39,882 bases of DNA from Candidatus Bipolaricaulota bacterium (GTDB lineage Bacteria; Bipolaricaulota; Bipolaricaulia; UBA7950; UBA9294): the NCBI GenBank assembly GCA_034718095.1, contig JAYEMK010000029.1:1-39882 (forward strand), read 5' to 3'. A program made the position numbers and the translations under genes. This document shows positions 6,141-15,150 of the stretch, piece after piece. Numbering within the stretch: the first letter of the stretch is position 1; the number at the start of each line of letters is the position of its first letter. The notes under the pieces are model-generated. The model did no database searches, was not told where the DNA came from, and saw nothing but the letters and a program-made list of their open reading frames with translations.

Positions 6141-6243
6141 ATACCCGATTCCTCAAGGTCCCGATCCTCGCTGATCTATGGCTCAGTGAGACGATAAGTA
6201 TTGTTTGCGCCTAGATGGGCGATCACGTAGAATGATTTTGGCA

Positions 6244-6327
6244 GCCAGAGTGGCGGAATTGGCAGACGCGCGGGACTCAAAATCCCGTGGCCTTCGGGTC
6301 GTGTGGGTTCGACTCCCACCTCTGGCA
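6244..6327 (+). tRNA. tRNA-Leu (anticodon CAA)
   Basis: Hand-folded cloverleaf:
- Acceptor stem GCCAGAG/CTCTGGC.
- Leu-type D-arm GCGGAATTGGCAGACGC.
- Anticodon stem CGGGA/TCCCG with loop CTCAAAA.
- Long variable arm TGGCCTTCGGGTCGT.
- T-arm GTGGG-TTCGACT-CCCAC.
- Discriminator A. CCA is not encoded.

A possible -10 TAGAAT lies at 6228-6233. Confidence 0.9.
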
Positions 6328-6331
6328 ATCC

Positions 6332-7441
6332 CTATATACCACTGCCATTACTCGTATGCCCCGGTGGCATGCTGTGTTGCCTTCGGCGGCGCAGAAAGGT
6401 GGGAATATCGAGATCGTCCTGCCCGGGGCGGCTTTCCTGACGGAGCCTTGCAAGCATGGTCTCCTCACCGGCTGAGGTCTCTTCCTTCTCCTCACCATGG
6501 GCAAGAGAAAACCCCGTAGCGATGACGGTGACGCGTACATTCTCCATCCCTTCGCGTATCGTCGTACCGAAGATAATGTCAGCCCGTTCGGACACTGCCT
6601 CCCGAATGACCATAGCGGCTTCGGTAACCTCATCCAACGTTAGCTCAGGTCCCCCAGCAACGTTCAGCACTACCTTGCGTGCCCCTTTGATTGAGCCATC
6701 GAGTAGGGGGGAGGATATCGCGTTCCGGGCTGCCTCCTTCGTACGTCCTTCACCCTCTCCCTCCCCGATTCCCATCATCGCGGTGCCCGCGTCCCGCATC
6801 ACGGATTCGATATCGGCGAAGTCGAGGTTGATCATCCCCGGGAGAGTGATAAGGCTTGAGATCCCATCCACCCCTTGCTTAAGGACCTCGTCGGCCAGCT
6901 CAAATGCCTTGGTTATCGGCATATCCGCGGGGGCGACCTTGAGTAGTTTATCGTTGGCGATGGTGATCATCGCATCGACGTTCTGAGAAAGACGGGCTAT
7001 CCCTTCCCCCGCCCGCTCAGCGCGCACCTCCCCCTCAAACGAAAAAGGACGAGTGACGATCCCTGTTGTCAGGGTACCGGCATCCTTGGCCAAAGCGGCG
7101 ATAACCGGGGCCGCCCCGGTCCCGGTTCCCCCCCCCATTCCGCAGGTTATGAACACCATATCGATCCCGCCTAAGAGGTCTACGATCTCCTCCTGGCTCT
7201 CCTCCGCGGCGAGCTTGCCCAGCTCAGGGTTGCCGCCCACGCCAAGCCCACCGGTGAGTTTGCCCCCTATCTGAAGGATACGGTGGGCGTGCAAGGTTTC
7301 CAGAACCTGCACGTCGGTGTTAACAGCGACCAGTTCCACCCCATCTATCCCGGCGGAGAACATCCGGTCGACGGCATTCCCGCCGCCTCCACCGACCCCA
7401 AGTACCATCAGCCGGGCAAGGGGAACCTTCTCGTCGGCCAT
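6332..7441 (-). CDS. ftsZ: cell division GTPase FtsZ
   Basis: 369 aa with the tubulin signature GGGTGTGAAPVIA, the N-terminal GVGGGGGNAV, and the C-terminal conserved peptide DDLDIPTFLRRR. The SD GGGGGTGAG precedes the ATG, which lies 3 nt after the ftsA stop. Confidence 0.97.
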   Translation of the reverse strand: MADEKVPLARLMVLGVGGGGGNAVDRMFSAGIDGVELVAVNTDVQVLETLHAHRILQIGGKLTGGLGVGGNPELGKLAAEESQEEIVDLLGGIDMVFITCGMGGGTGTGAAPVIAALAKDAGTLTTGIVTRPFSFEGEVRAERAGEGIARLSQNVDAMITIANDKLLKVAPADMPITKAFELADEVLKQGVDGISSLITLPGMINLDFADIESVMRDAGTAMMGIGEGEGEGRTKEAARNAISSPLLDGSIKGARKVVLNVAGGPELTLDEVTEAAMVIREAVSERADIIFGTTIREGMENVRVTVIATGFSLAHGEEKEETSAGEETMLARLRQESRPGQDDLDIPTFLRRRRQHSMPPGHTSNGSGI

Positions 7442-7444
7442 TTC

Positions 7445-8680
7445 TCACCCCCGGAAAAAACGGTTGAACCAGGAAAGGAGCTTGTCGATCAACGATGCCC
7501 TCCGCCGCCGTTTGTACTTTCCCTTCTGGAAATCCCTCGTCTCCACAGCGTAGCACAGAAGGCCGATTGCAGTGGCATAGATTGGAGATTCGACGATATC
7601 CCGCAGCCCATGGATCCCTGGCGGTATCTTCCCCCTACGCACCGGGACATCGTAGCGTTGGGAGGCGAATTTTGTGATCCCGTGTAACAGAGACGTCCCA
7701 CCGGTCAATACCATCCCCACTGGCACCAGATCACGATAGCCCGCCTCCTCGACCTCCTGTATCCCAAGGTCGAGCACCTCCTCTACCCGTGGCTCGATGA
7801 TCTTCGCCAGTTTTTTCTTGGATACCGATTTTTTCTCGTCCCCCCCGATCGTCGCCACCTCGATCTTTTCATCCTCGCCTACGCTGTCTACAACAGCTGT
7901 CCCAACCTCTTTCTTGATTATCTCGGCCGCCTCGATCGGGGTCTGCAGGCCAACCGTGATGTCGTTTGTTATGTGCTCCCCCGCGATGGGGACGACCCGG
8001 GAGAACCAGATATCGCCACCGCGGAACACGCTGATATCAGTAGTTCCCCCCCCGATGTCCATCAGAATGACCCCCAGTTCCCTCTCCGCCGAAGATAACA
8101 CGGCCATCGATGAAGCGAGTGGTTCCAACACGACCTGGTCGATCCCAATCCCGAGGGCCTCCACACAGCGGACCAGATTGTGAACCGCCGTGATCGAGCC
8201 AGTCACGATGTGGACATCAACCTCAAGCCGTGTCCCTGTCATCCCCACAGGGTCGGTTATCCCATCCTGGCCATCCACAATGTACTGCCGTGGGATGATG
8301 TGGATCAGCTCGCTCTCCTGTGGGAGTTGAACCGCTTGGGCTGTCTCTACGACACGGCGCACATCATCAGCGGTGATTATACGATCCGGACGATTGATGG
8401 ATACCGTGCCGCTGTTGTTAATAGATGAAATGTGTTTTCCAGTAATTCCCACATATACGGAACCGATCCTCACATCGGCCATGTTTTCGGCCTCTTCGAT
8501 TGCCTTGCGAATGGAGGCCATTGTGCGACCGATGTCTACAACGACCCCTTTCTCCAATCCACGAGAGTCCGCCCTGCCCATGCCGATGATTTCAATCGCT
8601 CCGTCGGACACGTTCCCCACCAATGCAACGATCTTAGTGGTTCCCACGTCCAGGCCGACCACCACTCTATCTTGTCTCAT
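7445..8680 (-). CDS. ftsA: cell division protein FtsA
   Basis: 411 aa with an actin-like ATPase fold (VVGLDVGTTKIVALVG, DIGGGTTDISVF) and a C-terminal amphipathic helix LIDKLLSWFNRFFRG. An ATGA overlap joins it to the ftsQ stop. Confidence 0.95.
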   Translation of the reverse strand: MRQDRVVVGLDVGTTKIVALVGNVSDGAIEIIGMGRADSRGLEKGVVVDIGRTMASIRKAIEEAENMADVRIGSVYVGITGKHISSINNSGTVSINRPDRIITADDVRRVVETAQAVQLPQESELIHIIPRQYIVDGQDGITDPVGMTGTRLEVDVHIVTGSITAVHNLVRCVEALGIGIDQVVLEPLASSMAVLSSAERELGVILMDIGGGTTDISVFRGGDIWFSRVVPIAGEHITNDITVGLQTPIEAAEIIKKEVGTAVVDSVGEDEKIEVATIGGDEKKSVSKKKLAKIIEPRVEEVLDLGIQEVEEAGYRDLVPVGMVLTGGTSLLHGITKFASQRYDVPVRRGKIPPGIHGLRDIVESPIYATAIGLLCYAVETRDFQKGKYKRRRRASLIDKLLSWFNRFFRG

Positions 8681-9255
8681 CTTTTCACCACCTCGCGCGG
8701 CACCAGTATCGCCTCCCTCCCAAATCTGAGATCTATCGATCGATACCTATTAATGTCAACCTCTGCGATAAGCGCTGTCAGGGCATCGATCCTGGACAGG
8801 GCAGAGTCAATCGGACCGAGGATCACCTGTAGATCATCCTCTCCGTATAGCGAGACAGAGGAGAGATCAGAGAAGTCAACCTCGCAAAATGGCCCTGCAC
8901 TCATCCCATGCTCGTGTAACCGCTCCAGGACAGCAATTACCCCATCGTCGAGGACCAGGTCTCGGCCGAACTCATCCTTGCCGAACTCCATTCCTGAGGC
9001 CGAAAGGAAAGGAAAATCTTGTTCCGTCACCGGTTGGAGGAGAACTCCCCCCTGCCCAATCAACATTGGTTCAGCCCCTTCCACGGCATCCTGTACCTTT
9101 GCCACTGGCACCCGCTCGTCGAGGTCCACGGCTATTTTATACGGATAGACACGCCGTACACAAACGTCTTTAATCCAGGGCAATGAAAGAAGAGAACGCC
9201 TCGCACGGGAAACTGACGTTCGGAAAATATTACCCCCAATGCGAAACCCAGTCAA
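8677..9255 (-). CDS. ftsQ: cell division protein FtsQ (POTRA plus FtsQ domain); the ORF as given starts at TTG and lacks the membrane anchor, see finding
   Basis: It sits between murB and ftsA. The POTRA-like segment is IFRTSVSRARRSLLSLPWIKDVCVRRVYPYKIAVDLDERVPVAKV. The same reading frame stays open upstream to 9396+ and encodes a TM helix (GVLGAIVAGGALIAVAIYVFY), but has no ATG/GTG/TTG before 9255. Confidence 0.8.
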   Translation of the reverse strand: MTGFRIGGNIFRTSVSRARRSLLSLPWIKDVCVRRVYPYKIAVDLDERVPVAKVQDAVEGAEPMLIGQGGVLLQPVTEQDFPFLSASGMEFGKDEFGRDLVLDDGVIAVLERLHEHGMSAGPFCEVDFSDLSSVSLYGEDDLQVILGPIDSALSRIDALTALIAEVDINRYRSIDLRFGREAILVPREVVKR

Positions 9256-9412
9256 CCGGCGAATAACGTCCGTTGAGATATGTTGGTTTCCCGTGACTAC
9301 GATCTCCCGCAGTCCAAACAGAGGAAACCAAGGTGAGTAAAAAACATAGATGGCAACAGCGATAAGGGCACCTCCTGCGACAATAGCCCCCAGAACACCC
9401 CTTCTTCTCCAC

Positions 9413-10291
9413 TCACTCGTCGATAACCTCTACCTCCAATTCGAGCAATATATGTAGACTTTTATACACCTTTTCCCGCACAATGTCAATCAATTTACGG
9501 ATCTCAGCATAGCTGGCCCCGCCGAGGTTGAGAATAAAATTGGCATGTTTTTCGGATACCTTCGCCTTTTCAAGCCTAAACCCCTTCAATCCAACCTGCT
9601 CAATTAGCCTGCCCGCTGAGTCCCCCGGGGGGTTTTTGAATATGCATCCAGAGCTTAGCTGATCAAGTGGCTGATTCGCACGCTTGGCGGCGATGGTTCC
9701 CTTTAAATCATATGGCTCGCCATCCAGGCGCAGCCTGGCCTCGATGACGATGAGCCGCGTATCTCGTGCCAGGCTCGTGCGATAGGAGAAGCAAAAATCC
9801 CCCCCAGAAATCTTCCTTACCAGTCCCCGCTCATCGACGACGGTGACGGTATCGACCCGATCCCCGATCGATATTCCCCGAGGTCCGGCATTCATCACGA
9901 TCGCCCCTCCCAGGGAGCCTGGAATCCCGGCAAGGAAGTTGAGCGATCTCTCCCCAGCCTGATTCAACAGGGTAAGAAGGGCCGGGGTGAAAACGCCAGC
10001 TGCCGCCTCCACCCACCCGTCCCCAATCCTCATGTCACGGAGTCTATCAGTGGATATAACCATTCCGGGATATCCAGAATCGGGAAAGAGAACATTCGAT
10101 CCCCCCCCAAACACGATGTATGGCAGACCATAATCTCTACAAAGATCAAGGGCCAGTTTCAGGTCGTGCGCCTGCTCAGGGGAGAAAAAATAATTGGCCA
10201 CCCCACCAACCCCGATGGTGGTATGCCTGGAAAGGGGTTCATGTACCCGTAGCCCCCCCACCAATCCCCTAAGTTCGGAATGGGGGATCAC
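9413..10291 (-). CDS. murB: UDP-N-acetylenolpyruvoylglucosamine reductase MurB
   Basis: 292 aa with the FAD-binding block TIGVGGVANYFF...VFGGGSNVLF and the C-terminal block SSGCIFKNP...AKVSEKHANFILN. Confidence 0.95.
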   Translation of the reverse strand: MIPHSELRGLVGGLRVHEPLSRHTTIGVGGVANYFFSPEQAHDLKLALDLCRDYGLPYIVFGGGSNVLFPDSGYPGMVISTDRLRDMRIGDGWVEAAAGVFTPALLTLLNQAGERSLNFLAGIPGSLGGAIVMNAGPRGISIGDRVDTVTVVDERGLVRKISGGDFCFSYRTSLARDTRLIVIEARLRLDGEPYDLKGTIAAKRANQPLDQLSSGCIFKNPPGDSAGRLIEQVGLKGFRLEKAKVSEKHANFILNLGGASYAEIRKLIDIVREKVYKSLHILLELEVEVIDE

Positions 10292-10296
10292 CCCCG

Positions 10297-11703
10297 CTAG
10301 ACCATACAGAACCGCCCCTCCTTAAGAAAACAAGAAAGCTCCTCGGTCACTGTCCATATATCGCCGGCGCCAAAACTGATGATAAAATCCCCTGGCTCTA
10401 CAAGTTTTTTGAGGAAGGAGAGTACCTCCTCCTTCGATCGAATAAGATGCGGATTGATCCCCGAGGAACCTGCTATCGCATCGGCGATCATCCGCGAAGA
10501 GACACCGGGAATCGGCCGTTCATCCGCAGGGTAGATAGAGGTCACCACAATCTCATCCGCACCGATGAAGGCATTGCCGAATTCAGCATTGAGGAACCTG
10601 GTACGGGTATAGCGATGCGGTTGAAAGATGGCGACGATCCTTCTTCTCTCCCAGCCATCCCGGATCGCCTGCAGGGTTGCCTCGATCTCCTCTGGGAGGT
10701 GGGCATAGTCGTCCACAACAGTCACGCCGTTCTCCTCCAACAGCTGGAAGCGACGCCTGGGCAGGCGAAATCCAGTCAAGGCAGCCGCCGCCTCAGCAAG
10801 ATCAACCCCGGCCAGGAAGGCTGCCCCGATCGCGCACAGTGCATTGCGGACATTGTGATCACCAGGGGCGGGAAGGAACACGGGACCGATCCTCTCTCCA
10901 TGAAAGTTTAGGTCAAAACGGGTATGAAAATGATGGTGAACGACCCCGGTGGCGCGCAGGGCAGCCTCCGCACAGGTTCCAACCGTCAGTACCTCTGGTG
11001 TCTTGTTCGCCAACGCACGAACGTGTGGGTCATCTATCTGTAACACCGCCCTCTCGGCTTGGTGAAGGTACTGGGAGAAGCTATCTTTGATCGCCGACAG
11101 ATCCTTGTAGGTGGTAAGGTGGTCCCTGCCGATGTTGTTTAACACAGCGATGGTGGGATGAAGTGCGAGAAAAAGACCGTCACTCTCGTCGACCTCCGTA
11201 ACAAACATATCTCCTCGCCCGAGGTGGGCATTCCCCCTCAATCCCGGACAGTGGGCCCCCACCAGATAACTGGGATCCCAGGTGAGGCGCCCCAGAATTG
11301 TCGCGATCATTGCGGTGGTGGTCGTCTTGCCATGTGTCCCTGCCACCCCAATGCTGTGGTATCCATTCAATAAGGAGGCCAACGCATGCAATCGTCTTAC
11401 AACTGGAAGGTCCCGCGCTCTGGCTGCCTGTACCTCGACGTTATCTTCGCTGATTGCCGAGGAGACGATCACCCCGTCGAGCCGTTCATCGATACAATCA
11501 GGATCATGTCCAAGGTTAATCTTCACCCCTGCCTCCCGCAACTGCAGAACCTCCTCGTTCTCGTGCAGGTCAGAACCGGAAATCGTTACCCTGTTCGCAA
11601 GCATGATCCTTGCCAGCCCACTCATCCCGGAACCACCAATGCCCACTAAATGATAATTCTCTCCCGGAGTAAACAAAGTCACACCCCCCTGGCCAGTGTA
11701 CAA
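10297..11703 (-). CDS. murC: UDP-N-acetylmuramate--L-alanine ligase MurC
   Basis: 468 aa with HLVGIGGSGMSGLARIM and the Mur ligase P-loop GTHGKTTTTAMIA. The start may be the GTG at 11682, which overlaps the murG stop (GTGTGA), rather than the TTG at 11703. Confidence 0.95.
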   Translation of the reverse strand: MYTGQGGVTLFTPGENYHLVGIGGSGMSGLARIMLANRVTISGSDLHENEEVLQLREAGVKINLGHDPDCIDERLDGVIVSSAISEDNVEVQAARARDLPVVRRLHALASLLNGYHSIGVAGTHGKTTTTAMIATILGRLTWDPSYLVGAHCPGLRGNAHLGRGDMFVTEVDESDGLFLALHPTIAVLNNIGRDHLTTYKDLSAIKDSFSQYLHQAERAVLQIDDPHVRALANKTPEVLTVGTCAEAALRATGVVHHHFHTRFDLNFHGERIGPVFLPAPGDHNVRNALCAIGAAFLAGVDLAEAAAALTGFRLPRRRFQLLEENGVTVVDDYAHLPEEIEATLQAIRDGWERRRIVAIFQPHRYTRTRFLNAEFGNAFIGADEIVVTSIYPADERPIPGVSSRMIADAIAGSSGINPHLIRSKEEVLSFLKKLVEPGDFIISFGAGDIWTVTEELSCFLKEGRFCMV

Positions 11704-12800
11704 ATCTCTCCCAATACAGCGGCGGCCGCGGCAGGTTTACCAAGCCGGGACGAATTCCCGGCCATCTGTGAGAGCGCCCGGTCATCAGCGATCATTTCCT
11801 CAATAAAAGGGAATAGGCCCCGGGAGTGGACCTGTTTTTCACTCACTAATAAACAGGCTTTTTCCTGCTCTAGGTACCGGGCGTTCTTCCATTGATGATC
11901 GTCGGTCGCCTCACGCCACGGGATCAACATCGCCGGCTTACCACATGCGGTAATCTCCGCCAGGGTCGACGCCCCGGCACGGGTGACGACAAGATCGGCA
12001 AGGGAAAACGCCTCCCCCATATGGTCGATATAGCGACGAGCCACTACATTTTTGACCCCGGCAGCACTGAGCTCCTTCCTGATCTGGCTCGTCGCTGCTG
12101 CGGCACCTGTTACTAACAGAACCTGTATTTTGCTGTTCTCTAAGATCAATTCCTTTGTGCGGAGGACCCCTTCGACAAGTGCGGCGGACCCGTTTGATCC
12201 GCCGAACACGAGCACAGTCTTCCGTTCCGGATCGAGCCCGAACCGTCGGTATAGACCGGCTGTTCGCCTGGTCATTCTAAACTCCCTGCGCACGGGGTTC
12301 CCTGTGACTACAACCCGTCTCGCCCGCGAAAAATACCGGCTGGTCTGTGGATAGGAGATGAGTACACTGTTCACCACCGGGCCGAGGAGGCGGTTGGCCA
12401 GGCCAGCGACCATATTCTGTTCATGAATGAGGGTACGGACATTGAACAGCCTTCCCAGAATTGCGCCAAGCATGACCGCGGGAAAGGAAGAGTAACCGCC
12501 CATTCCAATGACGACACAGGGCCGGAATCGCACCAAGACAAGAAGGGCCTCCACAATCGCGACACAAAGAAGTAACCCGGCGTACAGATTCTGCCACGCC
12601 CGTCCACGGCTAAAGCCACGGACATGAATCGGATAGAAGTGGATCCAGGGATAGGCGGGAAGAATCCGCGCCTCAATCCCTTTTCTGGTCCCAACATAGG
12701 CCAACTCAACCTCGGCCTCATTTCTGGCTAATTCCTCCATCACCGCGAGTGCAGGATAGAAGTGCCCGCCAGTTCCTCCCCCCGTTACAATAATGCGCAT
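11679..12800 (-). CDS. murG: undecaprenyldiphospho-muramoylpentapeptide beta-N-acetylglucosaminyltransferase MurG
   Basis: 373 aa with the N-terminal IVTGGGTGGHFYPALAV and a C-terminal GT28 block (RAGASTLAEITACGKPAMLIP). The ATG lies 1 nt after the ftsW stop. Confidence 0.95.
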   Translation of the reverse strand: MRIIVTGGGTGGHFYPALAVMEELARNEAEVELAYVGTRKGIEARILPAYPWIHFYPIHVRGFSRGRAWQNLYAGLLLCVAIVEALLVLVRFRPCVVIGMGGYSSFPAVMLGAILGRLFNVRTLIHEQNMVAGLANRLLGPVVNSVLISYPQTSRYFSRARRVVVTGNPVRREFRMTRRTAGLYRRFGLDPERKTVLVFGGSNGSAALVEGVLRTKELILENSKIQVLLVTGAAAATSQIRKELSAAGVKNVVARRYIDHMGEAFSLADLVVTRAGASTLAEITACGKPAMLIPWREATDDHQWKNARYLEQEKACLLVSEKQVHSRGLFPFIEEMIADDRALSQMAGNSSRLGKPAAAAAVLGEICTLARGV

Positions 12801-12801
12801 A

Positions 12802-13884
12802 TCATACCCTTATCCTTTGTCTTGAGATATTTAACAGGACGCCCACCATCGCCAGGGTAACAAGCAGGGAGGATCCTCCGTTGCTGATAAACGGTAGGGT
12901 CAGCCCGGTAACCGGGAAGACACCCAATGTAACCCCCAGATTTAGGACGGCCTGGAAGCAGATAGTAAAACCAATCCCCAGCGCGAGCAGATTGCCAAAC
13001 CGATCTGGGGCATGGGCAGCGATAGAGAATGCACGCCATCCGAAGGCAATCAGTAACCCGATCACCGCAAAGGCACCGATCAAACCTAATTCCTCAGCGG
13101 TGATGGAGAAGATGAAGTCATTGTGTGATTGAGGAAGATAGAATAGCTTCGCCCGCGAGGCGCCCAATCCACGCCCGAGGATACCCCCTGCCCCGATCGC
13201 CATCATCGATTGTATCGCCTGATAACCTGAGGAGGTGCTGTATTTGTACGGGTCCAAGAAAGAGACGATCCGGGCCAGCCGGTACGGGGCCAGTTTGAGT
13301 GCCACATATATGAGGGGGGAAACCCCAAGCCCAAGCGCAAGCAGGTAATCTATCCGGGCCCCACCGACCAACAACATGACCCCGGTCAGCGCCCCGAGAA
13401 GCAATAACATCCCAAAATCCGGCTGATTCATCAATATCGCGGAGAGGAAGCCAAGCACCACGGCAAACGGAAGTATCCCCTCACTAAATGACCTTATCCT
13501 ATCCCCCTTGCGCACGATGGTCGCTGCCAGATAGATAACAAGCGAGAATTTGACCAGCTCTGTCGGCTGCAATGCAAATGGGCCAACCTGGAGCCAGCGG
13601 CCCGAGGCTACGCTAATTGGAAGGACGGTCGCCAGACTAAACAGAAATGTCCCGAGCAAGAGCAGGTCATCCAGGTGAAGAAAACGATGATAGTCAAACC
13701 TCAGCAGAAACACCATAATCAAGATACCCAGCCCTGCTGCCGCAAGCTGTTTTATTAAGAGATGAAAACTATTATTGTAGTGCTGTAGGGAAAATGGTGC
13801 ACTGGCACTGTAGATCATCACCATTCCACACAGAAGAAGGAGGGAAGTAATCACGATCATCGCCTTATCAATTCTTCCTTCCAT
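12802..13884 (-). CDS. ftsW: SEDS-family peptidoglycan glycosyltransferase FtsW (FtsW/RodA/SpoVE family)
   Basis: 360-aa polytopic membrane protein with family blocks QPTELVKF, PDFGMLLL, HNDFIFSITAEELG and LPFISNGGSS. It is called ftsW because it sits directly upstream of murG. The SD GAGGAAGGGGG precedes the ATG at 13884. Confidence 0.9.
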   Translation of the reverse strand: MEGRIDKAMIVITSLLLLCGMVMIYSASAPFSLQHYNNSFHLLIKQLAAAGLGILIMVFLLRFDYHRFLHLDDLLLLGTFLFSLATVLPISVASGRWLQVGPFALQPTELVKFSLVIYLAATIVRKGDRIRSFSEGILPFAVVLGFLSAILMNQPDFGMLLLLGALTGVMLLVGGARIDYLLALGLGVSPLIYVALKLAPYRLARIVSFLDPYKYSTSSGYQAIQSMMAIGAGGILGRGLGASRAKLFYLPQSHNDFIFSITAEELGLIGAFAVIGLLIAFGWRAFSIAAHAPDRFGNLLALGIGFTICFQAVLNLGVTLGVFPVTGLTLPFISNGGSSLLVTLAMVGVLLNISRQRIRV

Positions 13885-14247
13885 TGATCCCCCTTCCTCT
13901 CATGGAAGATAACCAACAACCAGGTTCTGCCGCTATATCGTGCGTGTTCAGTGAATAACCCAGTTGTCCTGTAATGGAAAGGAACCGTGTCAAAGTCTAA
14001 AATAAAGTTGGTATTGCAATCAGGGGACAGTTGTCCAGAAAGGAAGCAAATCAAGAGAAAACTCATGTGCAACAGCTGCCGGCTAATACAACTGGATGTC
14101 AGGGCTCCTCGCTGTTTCGCATGGGTAACTAAAACAGCATGTGGGGTGTAGCCTGTAGTATGTAGTTAGCGTACAGGGAAATATGGATAACACGGATGAG
14201 AATTGGTTCCTCTTCACGTGTTTGGCGTCTTTCAGCCACTGCGCTAC

Positions 14248-15150
14248 TTAAGCGATGTCCTCTATTCGGTCCTCGACCACCTTATCTGCTGAGAGGGACT
14301 CAAGCTGCAATGCAGTGGCTGCGACATCGTAGATCGCCTGACGTGGTGCCATCCCAACCAGTTCGCTCTCCACCACCCGCACCCCAGCACGGGCTGCCTC
14401 GTTTTTTACCATGTCGAATACCCGCAGGATGGGGGTGCGTCTGAAATTGGTCAGGTTCATCGACACCTGTACCATCCCTTGCCCCTCGAGTGGCAATCCC
14501 ATCGCCTTGACATAGCGCAGCCCCCCGGTCGAGTGGCGCACAGCCTTTGCGATCTTTTTTGCTATCTGTACATCGGTGGTGGCGAGGTTGATATTGTATG
14601 CGATAAGGAACTCGCGTGCCCCCACCGCAACTACCCCTGCACTCGGATGCACTCGTGCCCTACCAAAATCAGGTTTCCAGCGTGGATCACTGATCTTCTC
14701 AGGAAAACCCTCAAATTCACCCTTCCTGATCGTCGCCAGATTTCGACGGTCCGGGCAGGTCGCCGCCTCCTCGTACAGGTAGACGGGGATATCGTATTCA
14801 TCAGCGGTCCGTTTCCCCACCCGTCGTGCCAGCTCAATGCAGTCCTCAATCGTCGCGTCACGCACCGGGATAAACGGAACGACATCGACTGCACCCATCC
14901 GGGGATGCTTACCGGTATGCCCTCGCAAGTCGATAAGTTTCACACCCTTTTCAATCAGATTCATAATCCCTGCGAACAGGCCATCCGGCTCTCCAAGGAT
15001 GGTGATCACAGAGCGGTTGTGATCTTTGTCTAAACTATAATCGATCACCCGCCGCCCTGGCCCACCGACAGCACGAACAACATCGGCCACAACGTCAGTC
15101 CTCCGTCCTTCACTGATATTGGGAACGGATTCGATTATCTTTCCCCTCAA
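14248..15150 (-). CDS. ftcD: glutamate formimidoyltransferase (stand-alone formiminotransferase domain)
   Basis: 300 aa. The N-terminal IIESVPNISEGRR matches the CVPNFSEGR signature of FtcD N-domains. No cyclodeaminase domain is present. The TTG start overlaps the fabZ stop (TTGA). Confidence 0.85.
   Translation of the reverse strand: MRGKIIESVPNISEGRRTDVVADVVRAVGGPGRRVIDYSLDKDHNRSVITILGEPDGLFAGIMNLIEKGVKLIDLRGHTGKHPRMGAVDVVPFIPVRDATIEDCIELARRVGKRTADEYDIPVYLYEEAATCPDRRNLATIRKGEFEGFPEKISDPRWKPDFGRARVHPSAGVVAVGAREFLIAYNINLATTDVQIAKKIAKAVRHSTGGLRYVKAMGLPLEGQGMVQVSMNLTNFRRTPILRVFDMVKNEAARAGVRVVESELVGMAPRQAIYDVAATALQLESLSADKVVEDRIEDIA

Noticed and set aside
6244-6332. tRNA-Leu as an integration site for a genomic island or prophage.
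   Set aside because: No integrase, no direct repeat of the tRNA 3' end and no compositional break were seen on either side. The neighbours are ftsZ and a housekeeping peptidase.
6332-6390. Extended FtsZ C-terminal tail: RQHSMPPGHTSNGSGI after the conserved DIPTFLRRR peptide.
   Set aside because: The C-terminal variable region of FtsZ differs widely in length between species. With no comparison set I cannot say this one is unusual. An earlier stop lost to a sequencing error cannot be judged from a single sequence.
9230-9412. 60-aa Cys-rich ORF (MEKKGCSGGYCRRRCPYRCC...) between murB and ftsQ.
   Set aside because: It is the +1-shifted reading of the segment whose other frame encodes a textbook FtsQ membrane anchor. 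The Cys/Arg-rich product is a frame artefact of GC-rich sequence. Only its GTG start is likely to be meaningful (see the ftsQ finding).
13885-14247. 360-bp AT-richer region upstream of ftsW, examined for an ncRNA, MraZ-type operator or riboswitch.
   Set aside because: I found only a 9-nt direct repeat (CAGTTGTCC at 13961-13969 and 14028-14036) and weak promoter-like hexamers, with no convincing structure or known motif. It is most simply the promoter region of the split dcw cluster.
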